From a virus (Duplodnaviria > Caudoviricetes): 64,000 bases of DNA. Below, in pieces: positions 49,989 to 59,154 of this stretch (position 1 is the first letter of the stretch; the number at the start of each line of letters is the position of its first letter). Below the pieces are notes generated by a model. That model saw only the letters and a list, made by a program, of their open reading frames with translations. It made no database searches and had not been told where the DNA came from. The translations under genes and the position numbers were made by a program. The stretch lies in the IMG/VR virus record IMGVR_UViG_3300033802_000250. One strand, given 5' to 3'.

Positions 49989-50396
49989 TCATTTTTCCGT
50001 CTGGCCGAACAAAAGCATGTTGGCTTTGTCCACATACTGCATTCCCATTTCGCAGAACTTTTGCGCACGGGAGCTTGTCGATTCTGCTTGCAGGCAACGG
50101 AAACAGCTTTTGATTTCGCGGAGCGTCTGCATAAGCTCCCGTTTCTCACGTTCCCATTGCTGAAAATCTTCGCCGCCGAGAACGAGGTCGGGAAAGTGGA
50201 ATCCGTAACGCTCCAATTGCTCGAAGATATCCATCGCGTCGGAGTCGTACTCATCATAATCCTTCTCCGTCGGCGGAACAATCTTGCGGCCCTCCACAAT
50301 ACCGTCAGCAATCATCTGCACCTGTCGTTCCGTCAGCCGGATCATCGCCTGCTTGGGAGACAAATGGGTCAGCCGTTTGCCGAGCATTCTTGCCAC
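49989..50396 (-). CDS. Hypothetical protein
   Basis: 135-aa ORF. Confidence 0.7.
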   Translation of the reverse strand: MARMLGKRLTHLSPKQAMIRLTERQVQMIADGIVEGRKIVPPTEKDYDEYDSDAMDIFEQLERYGFHFPDLVLGGEDFQQWEREKRELMQTLREIKSCFRCLQAESTSSRAQKFCEMGMQYVDKANMLLFGQTEK

Positions 50397-50397
50397 G

Positions 50398-51225
50398 CTA
50401 TTTCACCTGCCTATAAACGATATGGTTCTTCGGCTTCAGCGTGCCAAGCTTCAGCAATTTGACCACTTGAAGCCATTGATCCCCGCTACGGAGCCAGTCT
50501 TTCGGGATGCCGTAATTCAGTGGGGCTTTGAGCCGCACTTTCATCGGCGTAATCCTTCCAGCCTTCATCATACGCGAGGCAACTTTCTTGATCCACACCG
50601 GATTCAGTTTGCGCCGTTTTTTCAATCCACGAACGATCATCAGCGCATCGCTGGTTCGGATAAGCGGTGCGCCTTGCTTGAACACAAACCACGGTTTCTT
50701 GGAAGGAAGATGAATGAAGTCCGTATAGAAAGCAAACCCTGCAACGGTAATGTCGATGGGTTTTCGCCGGTAGGCGTACGGATTGTCCTCCCAATCCTTA
50801 TCAAGACCATGTATGGTGACAAGCACATACAGATTCGCTCCGCGAAACTTGTGGTCTTCAACAAGAAGCCATTTGGAATAATGCCGCGCCGATTTGATAT
50901 CTACTTTGAAAACGCCGACCATCGGCGATCCGTCGATCTCGATGCCTTGCAGATCATTGCCATAATCCGTCTCATTGCGATCAGGATATATGTCATAATC
51001 AACCTCGACATCAATGCCGAAATTAGCTCGCAGAAATTTAGCAAAGCCTTCTTCTGCGAGCTTTCCTTCAACGGTATCGGCGATGAAATCGACGGTCTTA
51101 CGACCGCGTTTGCTTCCAAAATCGCGGTGACTTTGCGCCCGGCCTTTGCAGATCTCCTCCGCAAATGCAAAAGCGCGATCAACCTGCTTCGGGCTGATCC
51201 TGAACCGCGTCTTGATTTTGCTCAT
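50398..51225 (-). CDS. PD-(D/E)XK-like nuclease
   Basis: GKLAE, ND-L and VDIKS pattern typical of the restriction-endonuclease fold. Confidence 0.6.
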   Translation of the reverse strand: MSKIKTRFRISPKQVDRAFAFAEEICKGRAQSHRDFGSKRGRKTVDFIADTVEGKLAEEGFAKFLRANFGIDVEVDYDIYPDRNETDYGNDLQGIEIDGSPMVGVFKVDIKSARHYSKWLLVEDHKFRGANLYVLVTIHGLDKDWEDNPYAYRRKPIDITVAGFAFYTDFIHLPSKKPWFVFKQGAPLIRTSDALMIVRGLKKRRKLNPVWIKKVASRMMKAGRITPMKVRLKAPLNYGIPKDWLRSGDQWLQVVKLLKLGTLKPKNHIVYRQVK

Positions 51226-51685
51226 CGGATGCTTCGGCTTGCGGCGGCTCAATACCGCCCGCGCGTGCAAGCGGTGTAGAAATGGCTTGGTGATACGCCT
51301 TGTCCGACTCCTGAAGGATCTTCTTGTACGTTTGCGAGTTCAGGTGGATCGGATGCTGAACCACGACCGCATGACCCTTGAGACCTTCGGCTTTGATGTG
51401 CTTGACCTTTTTCCAGTCAATCGCGGAGCCGCGAATGCCGATGAGCGTGATGCGACCGTGGTTGATGAGTTGGGCATAGCCCTCCTCATTTGTGATAATG
51501 GAGCCGTCTTCGTTGCGCTTAGGCTCCAGACGATGGGCGTAGGCCAGCGCGTAAGCCTGATCCTCACGGTCGTACAGGATCGGCCATTCGCCGCCCTCCT
51601 GCGTCAGCAGACGCTTCTCGCGCAGTTCCTTCTCCTCGGCCTCGAAGACGGGATACCACCAAATACGGTGACGGGGTTTCTTCAC
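51179..51685 (-). CDS. Hypothetical protein
   Basis: 168-aa ORF. Confidence 0.65.
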   Translation of the reverse strand: MKKPRHRIWWYPVFEAEEKELREKRLLTQEGGEWPILYDREDQAYALAYAHRLEPKRNEDGSIITNEEGYAQLINHGRITLIGIRGSAIDWKKVKHIKAEGLKGHAVVVQHPIHLNSQTYKKILQESDKAYHQAISTPLARAGGIEPPQAEASDEQNQDAVQDQPEAG

Positions 51686-52281
51686 AGAAGTTCACTCGCT
51701 TTCCTGAGTTCTTCGACCGTGGTGGCCGTATTCACGCCGACGTTGAACTCCGCGATGAACGGATTTGCGATGAAGTCGTCCGCGACCAGAATATCTTTCG
51801 CGTACTCCTCCTGTTGCATGAGTTCGATGAACGTTTGCTTCGCGTCTTTCAACTCCAAACCATTCTCGCGAATGAGTTCGTGGGTCTTCTTCACCATCGG
51901 ATGATCGAAGTTGGGCCGGATCGCGACACCTTCAGTCATACCAATGGCCTTGATGAATCCGGCATACACGCCGACTGCAATGGCGATGCCTGCCATAATC
52001 TCGTTCGGCAGAAGCGGATATTTCGGATTTTGTTCGCCGCCGAGCCATACCCTCGCATACAACATCCAGTACGGATTGCGTTCCGTTACGTCAAGGAACC
52101 CCGGGTAGAACAGCATCGAATACGCAACAAGAAGTGCGCCGGACGGAACGTATTTACGCAGGGCAAATTGATCTTTGCCGAATCCGACAATGACACAGTC
52201 GTCCACGATGAACGACGGATCACGGTCACGATCCACAAGCGCAGACCGGAGCGTAGAGTAGATGTGTTGATAGTTCGGCAT
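51682..52281 (-). CDS. Hypothetical protein
   Basis: 199-aa ORF with AGGAGGT RBS. Confidence 0.75.
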   Translation of the reverse strand: MPNYQHIYSTLRSALVDRDRDPSFIVDDCVIVGFGKDQFALRKYVPSGALLVAYSMLFYPGFLDVTERNPYWMLYARVWLGGEQNPKYPLLPNEIMAGIAIAVGVYAGFIKAIGMTEGVAIRPNFDHPMVKKTHELIRENGLELKDAKQTFIELMQQEEYAKDILVADDFIANPFIAEFNVGVNTATTVEELRKASELL

Positions 52282-52305
52282 TTGGTCTACCTCCTATTGG
52301 TTGGG

Positions 52306-52875
52306 TTATACAATGATCTTGTTCCGACCCGCATTCTTGGCAAGGTAAAGCTTCTTGTCCGCACTATCCACAATCGCTCCGCTTTCCTGACTCAAGCCAA
52401 TGCCAATGCTGACGGTGATTCGCAGTTCAGGATGCGAATCAAAGACATGGGTGCGAACTCGATTTCGGATGTGTTCAGCAACAAGAACGGCCTGTTCCCG
52501 AGTGACTTGCGGGAGGATAACAACAAACTCCTCGCCGCCGAATCGGGCAACGATTCCGTTGCCCTTACATTCATCTTCGATCAGCATACCAATGACTCGC
52601 AGAACAGCATCGCCGAAGCAATGACCATACGTGTCATTGATTGACTTGAAATGATCCACGTCGATCATCAGAACGGCAAAGGGCTCCCGATGACTCGACA
52701 TTCTGCGGATTTGCATCAGCATGTCTTCAAAACCGCGCCGATTATACAGTTTTGTCAGCGGGTCGCGCGTAATCAAGTTGCGCACTTCCTCAAGCTTGCG
52801 GCGGTACTGTCTGCGATACCACAAGAACAGGGCCAGAAGTACAAGATTGTCAACGATCAGAATAATAAGCCACAT
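52306..52875 (-). CDS. Membrane-anchored diguanylate cyclase (GGDEF)
   Basis: TM helix, DPLTKLYNRR, DVDHFKSINDTYGH..GD, RFGGEEF; no RxxD I-site. Confidence 0.93.
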   Translation of the reverse strand: MWLIILIVDNLVLLALFLWYRRQYRRKLEEVRNLITRDPLTKLYNRRGFEDMLMQIRRMSSHREPFAVLMIDVDHFKSINDTYGHCFGDAVLRVIGMLIEDECKGNGIVARFGGEEFVVILPQVTREQAVLVAEHIRNRVRTHVFDSHPELRITVSIGIGLSQESGAIVDSADKKLYLAKNAGRNKIIV

Positions 52876-52894
52876 GATTTCACCTTTCCGGTGA

Positions 52895-54655
52895 TCACTT
52901 TGCGGCCTTTCGGATATCTTCCAGTTCAAGCTGAACAGACACTTTTCCCGAGCCTTTGGGATATTCGTTCAGGTTGGGGAAGAACGCGATGTCGATCTTT
53001 TGCGGTTTGCCCAGAGCGACGTATTTGTCATACAGCCAGAAGCCGATTGTCGAGAACGTTGTCTTGCCGTCGCTGAGCAAAGCCCACAAATGATTCTTCT
53101 CCTCTCCGACAGGCATCTCGCGGATCACCTTTAATTTTCTCATCATAAAAGTGGGCCGCTGATTTCCATTGCCAAAGGGTTCAAGCCTGCGGATATCCTT
53201 TACGAAGTCGATGTCGAGAATTTTGCCGTTTTCGATGATACAGTCAATGTACACCTTGCGTTGCAGGTCTTCGTTCGACAGAATCGTTTCGGCGTAAAGC
53301 TCAAGGCGTGCCCGTAATTGCTCGAAGTTGTCTTTATGGACGGATAGGCCACATGCCATTGTATGTCCGCCGAAACCTTCCATGATGCTCGTCTGATGCA
53401 TCAGCGCTCCGAACATGTCGAACCCTTTGATCGAACGTGCCGACCCTTTATAGATATCTGGTTCTTCGCTGTCTGACAGCAGGATGGCAGGTTTGTAGAA
53501 ATGGTTGGCGATCCTGCCTGCAATTAACCCAATGATGCCTTCCGGCACACCGGGATGATAATGCACAATGATCGCAGTTGGATCGTCCTGTTGTTCAGAC
53601 TCAATGGCCTCAATGATGGATTGAACGTACTTCTTGGTGAGTTTCTTTCGTTCTTCGTTGATTTCCACAAGCTTCTTCGCGCATCGGTAGGCATCAAGCT
53701 TGTTGTTGGAGATGAGCATCTCCACCGCATCCGTCGCCGATACAATGCGTCCGGCGGCGTTGATGCAGGGGGCAATCGTCCATCCGATATCCTTGGATGA
53801 CAGCTTCTTGTCGGCGAGATCATTGGCCCTAATTAACTGGTAGAGGCCACGATTCTTCGTTTTCTTCATCATCTTGAGCCCGAGTTTGCCGATTACACGG
53901 TTCTCATCAATGACATCCATTTGGTCAGCAAACGTGCCGAGCGCAACGATGTCCATATGAGCGTAAGCGGCGGCTCTGCCGGTGGGGTGAATCTTCTCGC
54001 ATACCGCACAAAGAATCTTGAACGATACGCCAACACCGGCAAGTGATTTGAATGGATACTTGCAATCCGGGCGCTTGGGATTGACAACGATAGTGTCAGG
54101 AATGAGATATGCCTCATTGGTGGCGTTGTGTACGACTTGTCCAATCTTCTGCAAGGCTTCATCGTATGCATCTACCGGTTGGGGTTCATGATGATCGGTC
54201 ACAATGATGTCCATGCCAAGCGATTTGGCAAACTGCACTTGCTCAATAGCCGTAATACCGGTATCGCATGTGATGATAAGCTGAACGCCCTGCTTGTGAC
54301 AGTCAGTGATCGCCTTGTTATTGACACCGTAACCATCCTTGAACCGGTCGGGCACGAAGTAGCTCACATCTGCTCCGAGTTCCCGGAGAATCATCACCCA
54401 TAGCGATGTGGAAGAAACGCCGTCGGCATCATAGTCGCCATAAATGCGAATCTTCTCGCCATTCTTGATGGCTTGTGTGATACGTTGTACGGCCTTCTTC
54501 ATGTCCTTCATCTTGTACGGGTTGTGGAGCTTCTTCTTCGTGATCTTGAGAAAGTCGGCAGGATCTTCAATCCCGCGCATCTCAAGCAGTTCGATTGCCG
54601 GATTCTCGCCGCTGATAACAGCATCATTGCATCTCCAGATGGTCTGTGCGCCCAC
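52895..54655 (-). CDS. recJ: Single-stranded DNA exonuclease RecJ
   Basis: YGDYDADG, TCDTG, TDHH, INAAGR, GSARS, GGH and EPFGNGN motifs. Confidence 0.95.
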   Translation of the reverse strand: MGAQTIWRCNDAVISGENPAIELLEMRGIEDPADFLKITKKKLHNPYKMKDMKKAVQRITQAIKNGEKIRIYGDYDADGVSSTSLWVMILRELGADVSYFVPDRFKDGYGVNNKAITDCHKQGVQLIITCDTGITAIEQVQFAKSLGMDIIVTDHHEPQPVDAYDEALQKIGQVVHNATNEAYLIPDTIVVNPKRPDCKYPFKSLAGVGVSFKILCAVCEKIHPTGRAAAYAHMDIVALGTFADQMDVIDENRVIGKLGLKMMKKTKNRGLYQLIRANDLADKKLSSKDIGWTIAPCINAAGRIVSATDAVEMLISNNKLDAYRCAKKLVEINEERKKLTKKYVQSIIEAIESEQQDDPTAIIVHYHPGVPEGIIGLIAGRIANHFYKPAILLSDSEEPDIYKGSARSIKGFDMFGALMHQTSIMEGFGGHTMACGLSVHKDNFEQLRARLELYAETILSNEDLQRKVYIDCIIENGKILDIDFVKDIRRLEPFGNGNQRPTFMMRKLKVIREMPVGEEKNHLWALLSDGKTTFSTIGFWLYDKYVALGKPQKIDIAFFPNLNEYPKGSGKVSVQLELEDIRKAAK

Positions 54656-54767
54656 TTGCTTCACCTACCCTTGCAATGTCACGTAAAGAGGCGATTTATG
54701 TAACGTCCCTCCCCCTTTATAATACACAACTTCGTCTGGATTTACCAGCCAAAACAGCGGCATTTTA

Positions 54768-54845
54768 TCAGATGAGAGCGACGAGTGCATACGAAATGAT
54801 TGCAACAGCAAGCAAAATCCACTGCAACCCAATGCGTCTGCGCAT
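54768..54845 (-). CDS. 25-aa membrane peptide
   Basis: TAGGAGGTG RBS; MRRRIGLQWILLAVAIISYALVALI. Confidence 0.6.
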   Translation of the reverse strand: MRRRIGLQWILLAVAIISYALVALI

Positions 54846-54856
54846 GAGTACACCTC

Positions 54857-55510
54857 CTAAGCGTAGTTTGGATACTTGATGACACGGAGTTGCACCCCGA
54901 GTTCTTCGCAGATGTTAATCATACCGCGCGTGCCGGGAGATGATCCATCCCAAAAACAAATGACGCCGCCGCGAAGATTTTTCACGAGCGTCGCCATGTC
55001 ACAATTGCGTAACATACCGGCGCGTTTGCCGTACCGATTCCAGTCAGCCGGGAAGTACGCAACATCATAGCCGCGCTCCTTCGCATAACGCTCGCCGAGT
55101 CTGTCGGCTCCTTTTGCGGTGCCGGATACAACAACGATCTGCTTCTTGATGCGGCGTGTAATCTTGTCCGCCTTCATCTTCAGCAGTTCGTAATCATCGA
55201 AGTCCCGGGAGCCCGCAATCACTAGGAAGAACGTATTTTCAATCAGATCGACAATCACATCACCATGACATGCGGCAGGCTTGCAAAAGCACGCAAGCGT
55301 TTTGTCCTTCAATTCATGAAGGGACAGTAAAAGCTCCGGTTGTCTGAGAATCCACTGGCGATAATTCTGTATAGCTTCTTCGCGAGTGGCGACTTTGAAC
55401 TTCGCCTTGGTGCCTTCCATGTGTGAAAACGGATTGCCCCATTTCGAGCCACGACCAATGTATTCATCAAACGGAAGCTTGTGATACTTATTAACGATTG
55501 TTGTTGCCAT
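54857..55510 (-). CDS. DUF4326 plus YspA/SLOG-like (DUF2493) fusion
   Basis: YIGRGSKWGNPF..LACFC.P..CHGD, then IAGSRDF, SGTAKGAD, FWDGSSPGT. Confidence 0.85.
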   Translation of the reverse strand: MATTIVNKYHKLPFDEYIGRGSKWGNPFSHMEGTKAKFKVATREEAIQNYRQWILRQPELLLSLHELKDKTLACFCKPAACHGDVIVDLIENTFFLVIAGSRDFDDYELLKMKADKITRRIKKQIVVVSGTAKGADRLGERYAKERGYDVAYFPADWNRYGKRAGMLRNCDMATLVKNLRGGVICFWDGSSPGTRGMINICEELGVQLRVIKYPNYA

Positions 55511-55545
55511 ACCCGTCGCATCCTTTCATTCCATAGTCATAACAT

Positions 55546-55559
55546 TCCGTGACAACGGA
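55546..55559. repeat. GACA-loop hairpin motif copy
   Basis: TCCGT-GACA-ACGGA. Confidence 0.75.
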
Positions 55560-55747
55560 GCAGACTATAAAACAAAGAAAGCGACGGGTTTCCGTCACTT
55601 CCTCCGTGGGGCTATAACGTTAACGTTTTGGATCGCCGTTCGATTGCCACGGTGCAATGGCAATACCAACAGCAATGGTAGGCGAAACGGTCAGCAAAGA
55701 CTTTATAAGCGGGAAGCCATTGCTGACAATCGAAGCAGTAACGAACG

Positions 55748-55969
55748 TTACTCATCTCCGACCGTTTCGACCGCTTCGAGTTGCGACTCCAGCTTTGCGA
55801 ACAGGGGCTTCAGGTCTTGGCCCAAGTTGTAGATGTGCGAGCCGCCGACGTTCTGGATGGACAGGGAGTTGTAGACCACTTCCTGCATTTGCTCAAGGCC
55901 GGACTTGATCTGCACAAGCGTAGCCTTGGCTTCATCCATCTTCTCTTGTTGCGGTGCCGTCAATGCCAT
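55748..55969 (-). CDS. Small coiled-coil protein (MALTAPQQ paralogue 1)
   Basis: 73 aa. Confidence 0.75.
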   Translation of the reverse strand: MALTAPQQEKMDEAKATLVQIKSGLEQMQEVVYNSLSIQNVGGSHIYNLGQDLKPLFAKLESQLEAVETVGDE

Positions 55970-56027
55970 AGTTTATCACCCACTTCTGGAGGGAGTAACA
56001 GGGCGGGTTTGCCGCCCAAAGGGAGAG

Positions 56028-56071
56028 TGGGGGAACGTCGGAGTCGAACCGACAATATGTACCCTTTCCCC
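56028..56071 (-). ncRNA. tRNA minihelix-like RNA (acceptor stem plus T arm)
   Basis: GGGGAA...GTCGG-TTCGACT-CCGAC-GTTCCCCCA starting 7 nt after TATAAT. Confidence 0.6.
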
Positions 56072-56273
56072 AAGAACATTATACATAAAATGAATGATAC
56101 GGGCTATGTGTTCCATAGCCCGGGCCGTTCTCGGCCAGCGAGTTTAGTGGTACATGAAGAATCAGGCCATGCGTCAGCATGTAATGGTGCCACTTCATTT
56201 CTAGGCCGTAGCCAGCCCGAGATTGTTCTCAATCACCGAAGATGCAAAGAACAGGAAATTGCGTCGCGGGCGC

Positions 56274-56536
56274 GACGGACTTCAAGGTTCAGCACCCATG
56301 CCCTTTATCGGTTATTCTGGCCATTACCGATCAGTGGACTTCGGAACGGTGTCGTTTACTGGATGAGGATACGTTTCGGAGACGGACTTGGTGCGATTTC
56401 CTCGCTTTGCCGTACCTTTTCTCCTCCTGCATACTGCCACCGGGTTTGCAAGACCCGCCTCGTCGTATGTCCAAGGTCTCTCTTGGCCTTTGAGAGACTA
56501 GCGACACCTGCATAGGTGCTGAATGTGAAGCCCGTC
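56274..56536 (-). ncRNA. Candidate structured ncRNA of about 260 nt
   Basis: About 27-nt imperfect terminal inverted repeat and several internal stems. Confidence 0.55.
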
Positions 56537-56543
56537 GAAGGGC

Positions 56544-56789
56544 TTAGTCACGGATGTTCTTGTTGACATACCGGACAATGTCACCGACGGTCTCCCAACT
56601 CATGATGGTTTTATATTCAACTTCGATATCGAACTCGTCCTCGATTTCCGTGGCGAGACGGATTCTATCAAGACTGTTCATGCCAATGTCATCGGTAAGA
56701 ATCGTGCCTTCTTTGACATCTTCGATGTCGATTTCTGCCCACTCCAGACAACGCAGGATGCGATCCATCGTGTTTTGGCGATCAGACAT
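56544..56789 (-). CDS. Acyl carrier protein-like
   Basis: DIGMNSLD...IEDEFDIEV...TVGDIV. Confidence 0.85.
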   Translation of the reverse strand: MSDRQNTMDRILRCLEWAEIDIEDVKEGTILTDDIGMNSLDRIRLATEIEDEFDIEVEYKTIMSWETVGDIVRYVNKNIRD

Positions 56790-56814
56790 GGATATCCTCC
56801 TTCTACAGAACCTC

Positions 56815-57084
56815 CTAAGCATCTTTGTCGGCGCTGAATACACAGGTTGCTCTTTCCATCGGCACATCTTCGTCCAGCCACCACGCCTCGCCATATTTGT
56901 TGTGATGGTCGGGAAGCTTGTATGCTTTGTCACCTTCAACAGCATATATGACTGAGCGCTGAGTCTTCACCGCCCATGCCATTGCCGCCATGAGCGTTGT
57001 GAATCCTCTCACCGGACGGTGAATACAGCCGGAAGCACTGTAGTTCTTGGCCTTCTTCGGTGTGGTCACATGGTAGAGAACCAC
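56815..57084 (-). CDS. Small hypothetical protein, possible ADP-ribosyltransferase-like fold
   Basis: LYHVTT N-terminal motif. Confidence 0.5.
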   Translation of the reverse strand: MVLYHVTTPKKAKNYSASGCIHRPVRGFTTLMAAMAWAVKTQRSVIYAVEGDKAYKLPDHHNKYGEAWWLDEDVPMERATCVFSADKDA

Positions 57085-57122
57085 AGTTGACACCTCCTCA
57101 CGACATATGCTGGTAAGCAATG

Positions 57123-57142
57123 CGCCCCGGGACACCGGGGCG
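57123..57142. repeat. GACA-loop hairpin motif copy
   Basis: CGCCCCGG-GACA-CCGGGGCG. Confidence 0.85.
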
Positions 57143-57148
57143 TCATGC

Positions 57149-57322
57149 TCAAGTCTGTTCGATCTTCTTGACTTGATCTTCGATCTGCTTGAAGGCGTCG
57201 AACAGATAGTTGCCGAAGCCACCCATCGTGCAATGCTTAGTATTCATCACCGTTTGCTTGAGGTCGGCAATTTGGGCTTTCAGCTTGTTCACTTCGGCTT
57301 GTTGCGGTGCCGTGAGTGCCAT
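57149..57322 (-). CDS. Small coiled-coil protein (MALTAPQQ paralogue 2)
   Basis: 57 aa. Confidence 0.7.
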   Translation of the reverse strand: MALTAPQQAEVNKLKAQIADLKQTVMNTKHCTMGGFGNYLFDAFKQIEDQVKKIEQT

Positions 57323-57380
57323 ATGCATCACCTGCTGACCAAAGAATGAGAGCGGGTTGGCTCACGACAATTGTACCATA

Positions 57381-57758
57381 TCACGACGGATCCTTGTTAC
57401 CTTCTGCCAACGACTTCATCACAAGATCGAGTTTGGTAAGAGCGACGCCGAGAGCGGCTTGGAGGCCGATAATCTGCCCGGTGAGTGTATGCTTGTTCAT
57501 GGTGCCGCTCTGGCTGAACGATTCAACCTGCATATTCGCCAGATTGCCGATCTCCTCCGTCGTCATGCCGGTGTACTCCATAAGAGTCTTGTGAATATAC
57601 TGGCCGGTCATGATGTTGAGATAGATCGCCATTTCGGTTGGGTCAAACCCTTCCTTCTCGTAGATCTTCTGCATACAGTCATTGAAGATGGGGTGAACGG
57701 ATTTGAACCGTTCAAACATCTGCTGGATCAGATTCGGATCCTTGTCTGTCGTCATCAT
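57381..57758 (-). CDS. Hypothetical protein
   Basis: 125-aa ORF. Confidence 0.7.
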   Translation of the reverse strand: MMTTDKDPNLIQQMFERFKSVHPIFNDCMQKIYEKEGFDPTEMAIYLNIMTGQYIHKTLMEYTGMTTEEIGNLANMQVESFSQSGTMNKHTLTGQIIGLQAALGVALTKLDLVMKSLAEGNKDPS

Positions 57759-58407
57759 AGCCTACCTCATAATATTCTTCTTCCGCGTAGAAGAAGTTCA
57801 TATGCTCGTCGGGTACGAGCAGTTCGCCGGGGATGGCCGGAACAGCGGCAAGCTTCGTGCCGCAATGGAAGCACTTCGACCATACATTGTGCGGCAACAG
57901 ATAGGAATTGCTGATCTCTCCGCACTTCGGACAGTGGTTTTTGCACCGGTAGGTTCGCTTTATTTCGCCGCCGATTTCTTTCAGCTTGATGCCGGTTGCA
58001 ATATGGTCGGGCACCTGCGCATTGGTCTTCTCCACAATCTGGAAGCCTGCTTCGATCAGCTTGTCGGCAACGCCCGGAATATCACCAATTTTGGTTGTGC
58101 CGCGCTCGGCATTGATGAACGGAAGCTGTCGCGGACGAGAAGCCGACTGTTCTTGTTGTGCTTTGGGCTTTTCCGGTTCAGGCATTTGTGTTTTAGCCGG
58201 AGGCTCCGCAATGGCTGTAACCGCGACTTGTTGTGTCCCTGCAACAACAGCGGGCGGCAATTCAGGGAGTGGGCCGCCTTCGCACAAACCGAAAGCGGCA
58301 AACATGCCTTTGATGACGGCCAGATCGTGTTCGTCATTCAGCCCCGTCGCACTGTAGATCAGATTCTTATCCTTTGTTTGAATCGTCAGTGAAACTTGGC
58401 TCGACAC
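57712..58407 (-). CDS. Zinc-ribbon hypothetical protein
   Basis: CPKCG...CFHCG. Confidence 0.7.
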   Translation of the reverse strand: MSSQVSLTIQTKDKNLIYSATGLNDEHDLAVIKGMFAAFGLCEGGPLPELPPAVVAGTQQVAVTAIAEPPAKTQMPEPEKPKAQQEQSASRPRQLPFINAERGTTKIGDIPGVADKLIEAGFQIVEKTNAQVPDHIATGIKLKEIGGEIKRTYRCKNHCPKCGEISNSYLLPHNVWSKCFHCGTKLAAVPAIPGELLVPDEHMNFFYAEEEYYEVGYDDDRQGSESDPADV

Positions 58408-58894
58408 GCGAGGCAACCCCTTTCTTTTCCAGTTGAATTTGCACAATGCGATGCTCAAAGAGCGATGACAATAATGCCATAATGAGGGCTATGTAAACGT
58501 CATGCTTATAAATCTTGGTTTGACCCATAAGCTGACGATCCTCAATAACGATGTTGATCACATCCAGAATGCCCTCCGAAAGTTCGTTGCGGAAGTCTAT
58601 CTGGTCAATCTGATCTTGTTCCGGCAGATGCCGGTCGATGGATGTTGCCGCACTCAGTATCATGCGGGCCAAAGCTTCGATGGGAACCAAAACGGATCCG
58701 AACGCATTGTTCTTGGAATACTTCGACAATGCCTCATCGAGCGTCTTGAATACAGCAAGCACCTTTTGGTTTTCCGCTTCGAGAGCCTGCTCAATATGCG
58801 AGGGCAATTGAGCAGATTCGGGGCTTTGTTGCATCTGGCGCTCCTCGCGTCTTTGCCGCAACTGGTCTATCGAAACCACTTTGTCCTTGCTCAC
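58367..58894 (-). CDS. Hypothetical protein
   Basis: GTG after AGGAGTGA. Confidence 0.7.
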   Translation of the reverse strand: MSKDKVVSIDQLRQRREERQMQQSPESAQLPSHIEQALEAENQKVLAVFKTLDEALSKYSKNNAFGSVLVPIEALARMILSAATSIDRHLPEQDQIDQIDFRNELSEGILDVINIVIEDRQLMGQTKIYKHDVYIALIMALLSSLFEHRIVQIQLEKKGVASRVEPSFTDDSNKG

Positions 58895-59154
58895 GACAAT
58901 CACTCCTGCGATAAAATGATGGGCCCGCAAAATGCAGGCCCGTTTTTGTCCCCCCTGTGAGACACCCGTCGGATACGACGAATGCCTCACGGGAAGAACA
59001 AAGAGTTCCCCCCGTCCAAACAGGAATCGAAAGGGTGGCTGGATAGCGGTGCAGACTACCCACATGAAGGTACGATGTGAAGCCGTGTTCCGCCGGGAAC
59101 GTAAGGGGTTGAAAACATTCCTGAGCGGCACATCATACCCTCATGTGAGGAGTC

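Noticed and set aside
54665-54853. 62-aa ORF bridging two TAG codons into recJ
   Set aside because: A 25-aa membrane peptide in another frame has the properly spaced RBS, and recJ has its own RBS and a typical N-terminus.
56274-56536. Retron msr-msd or tmRNA
   Set aside because: No reverse transcriptase is in the window, and there is no tRNA-like terminal domain or tag reading frame at the ends.
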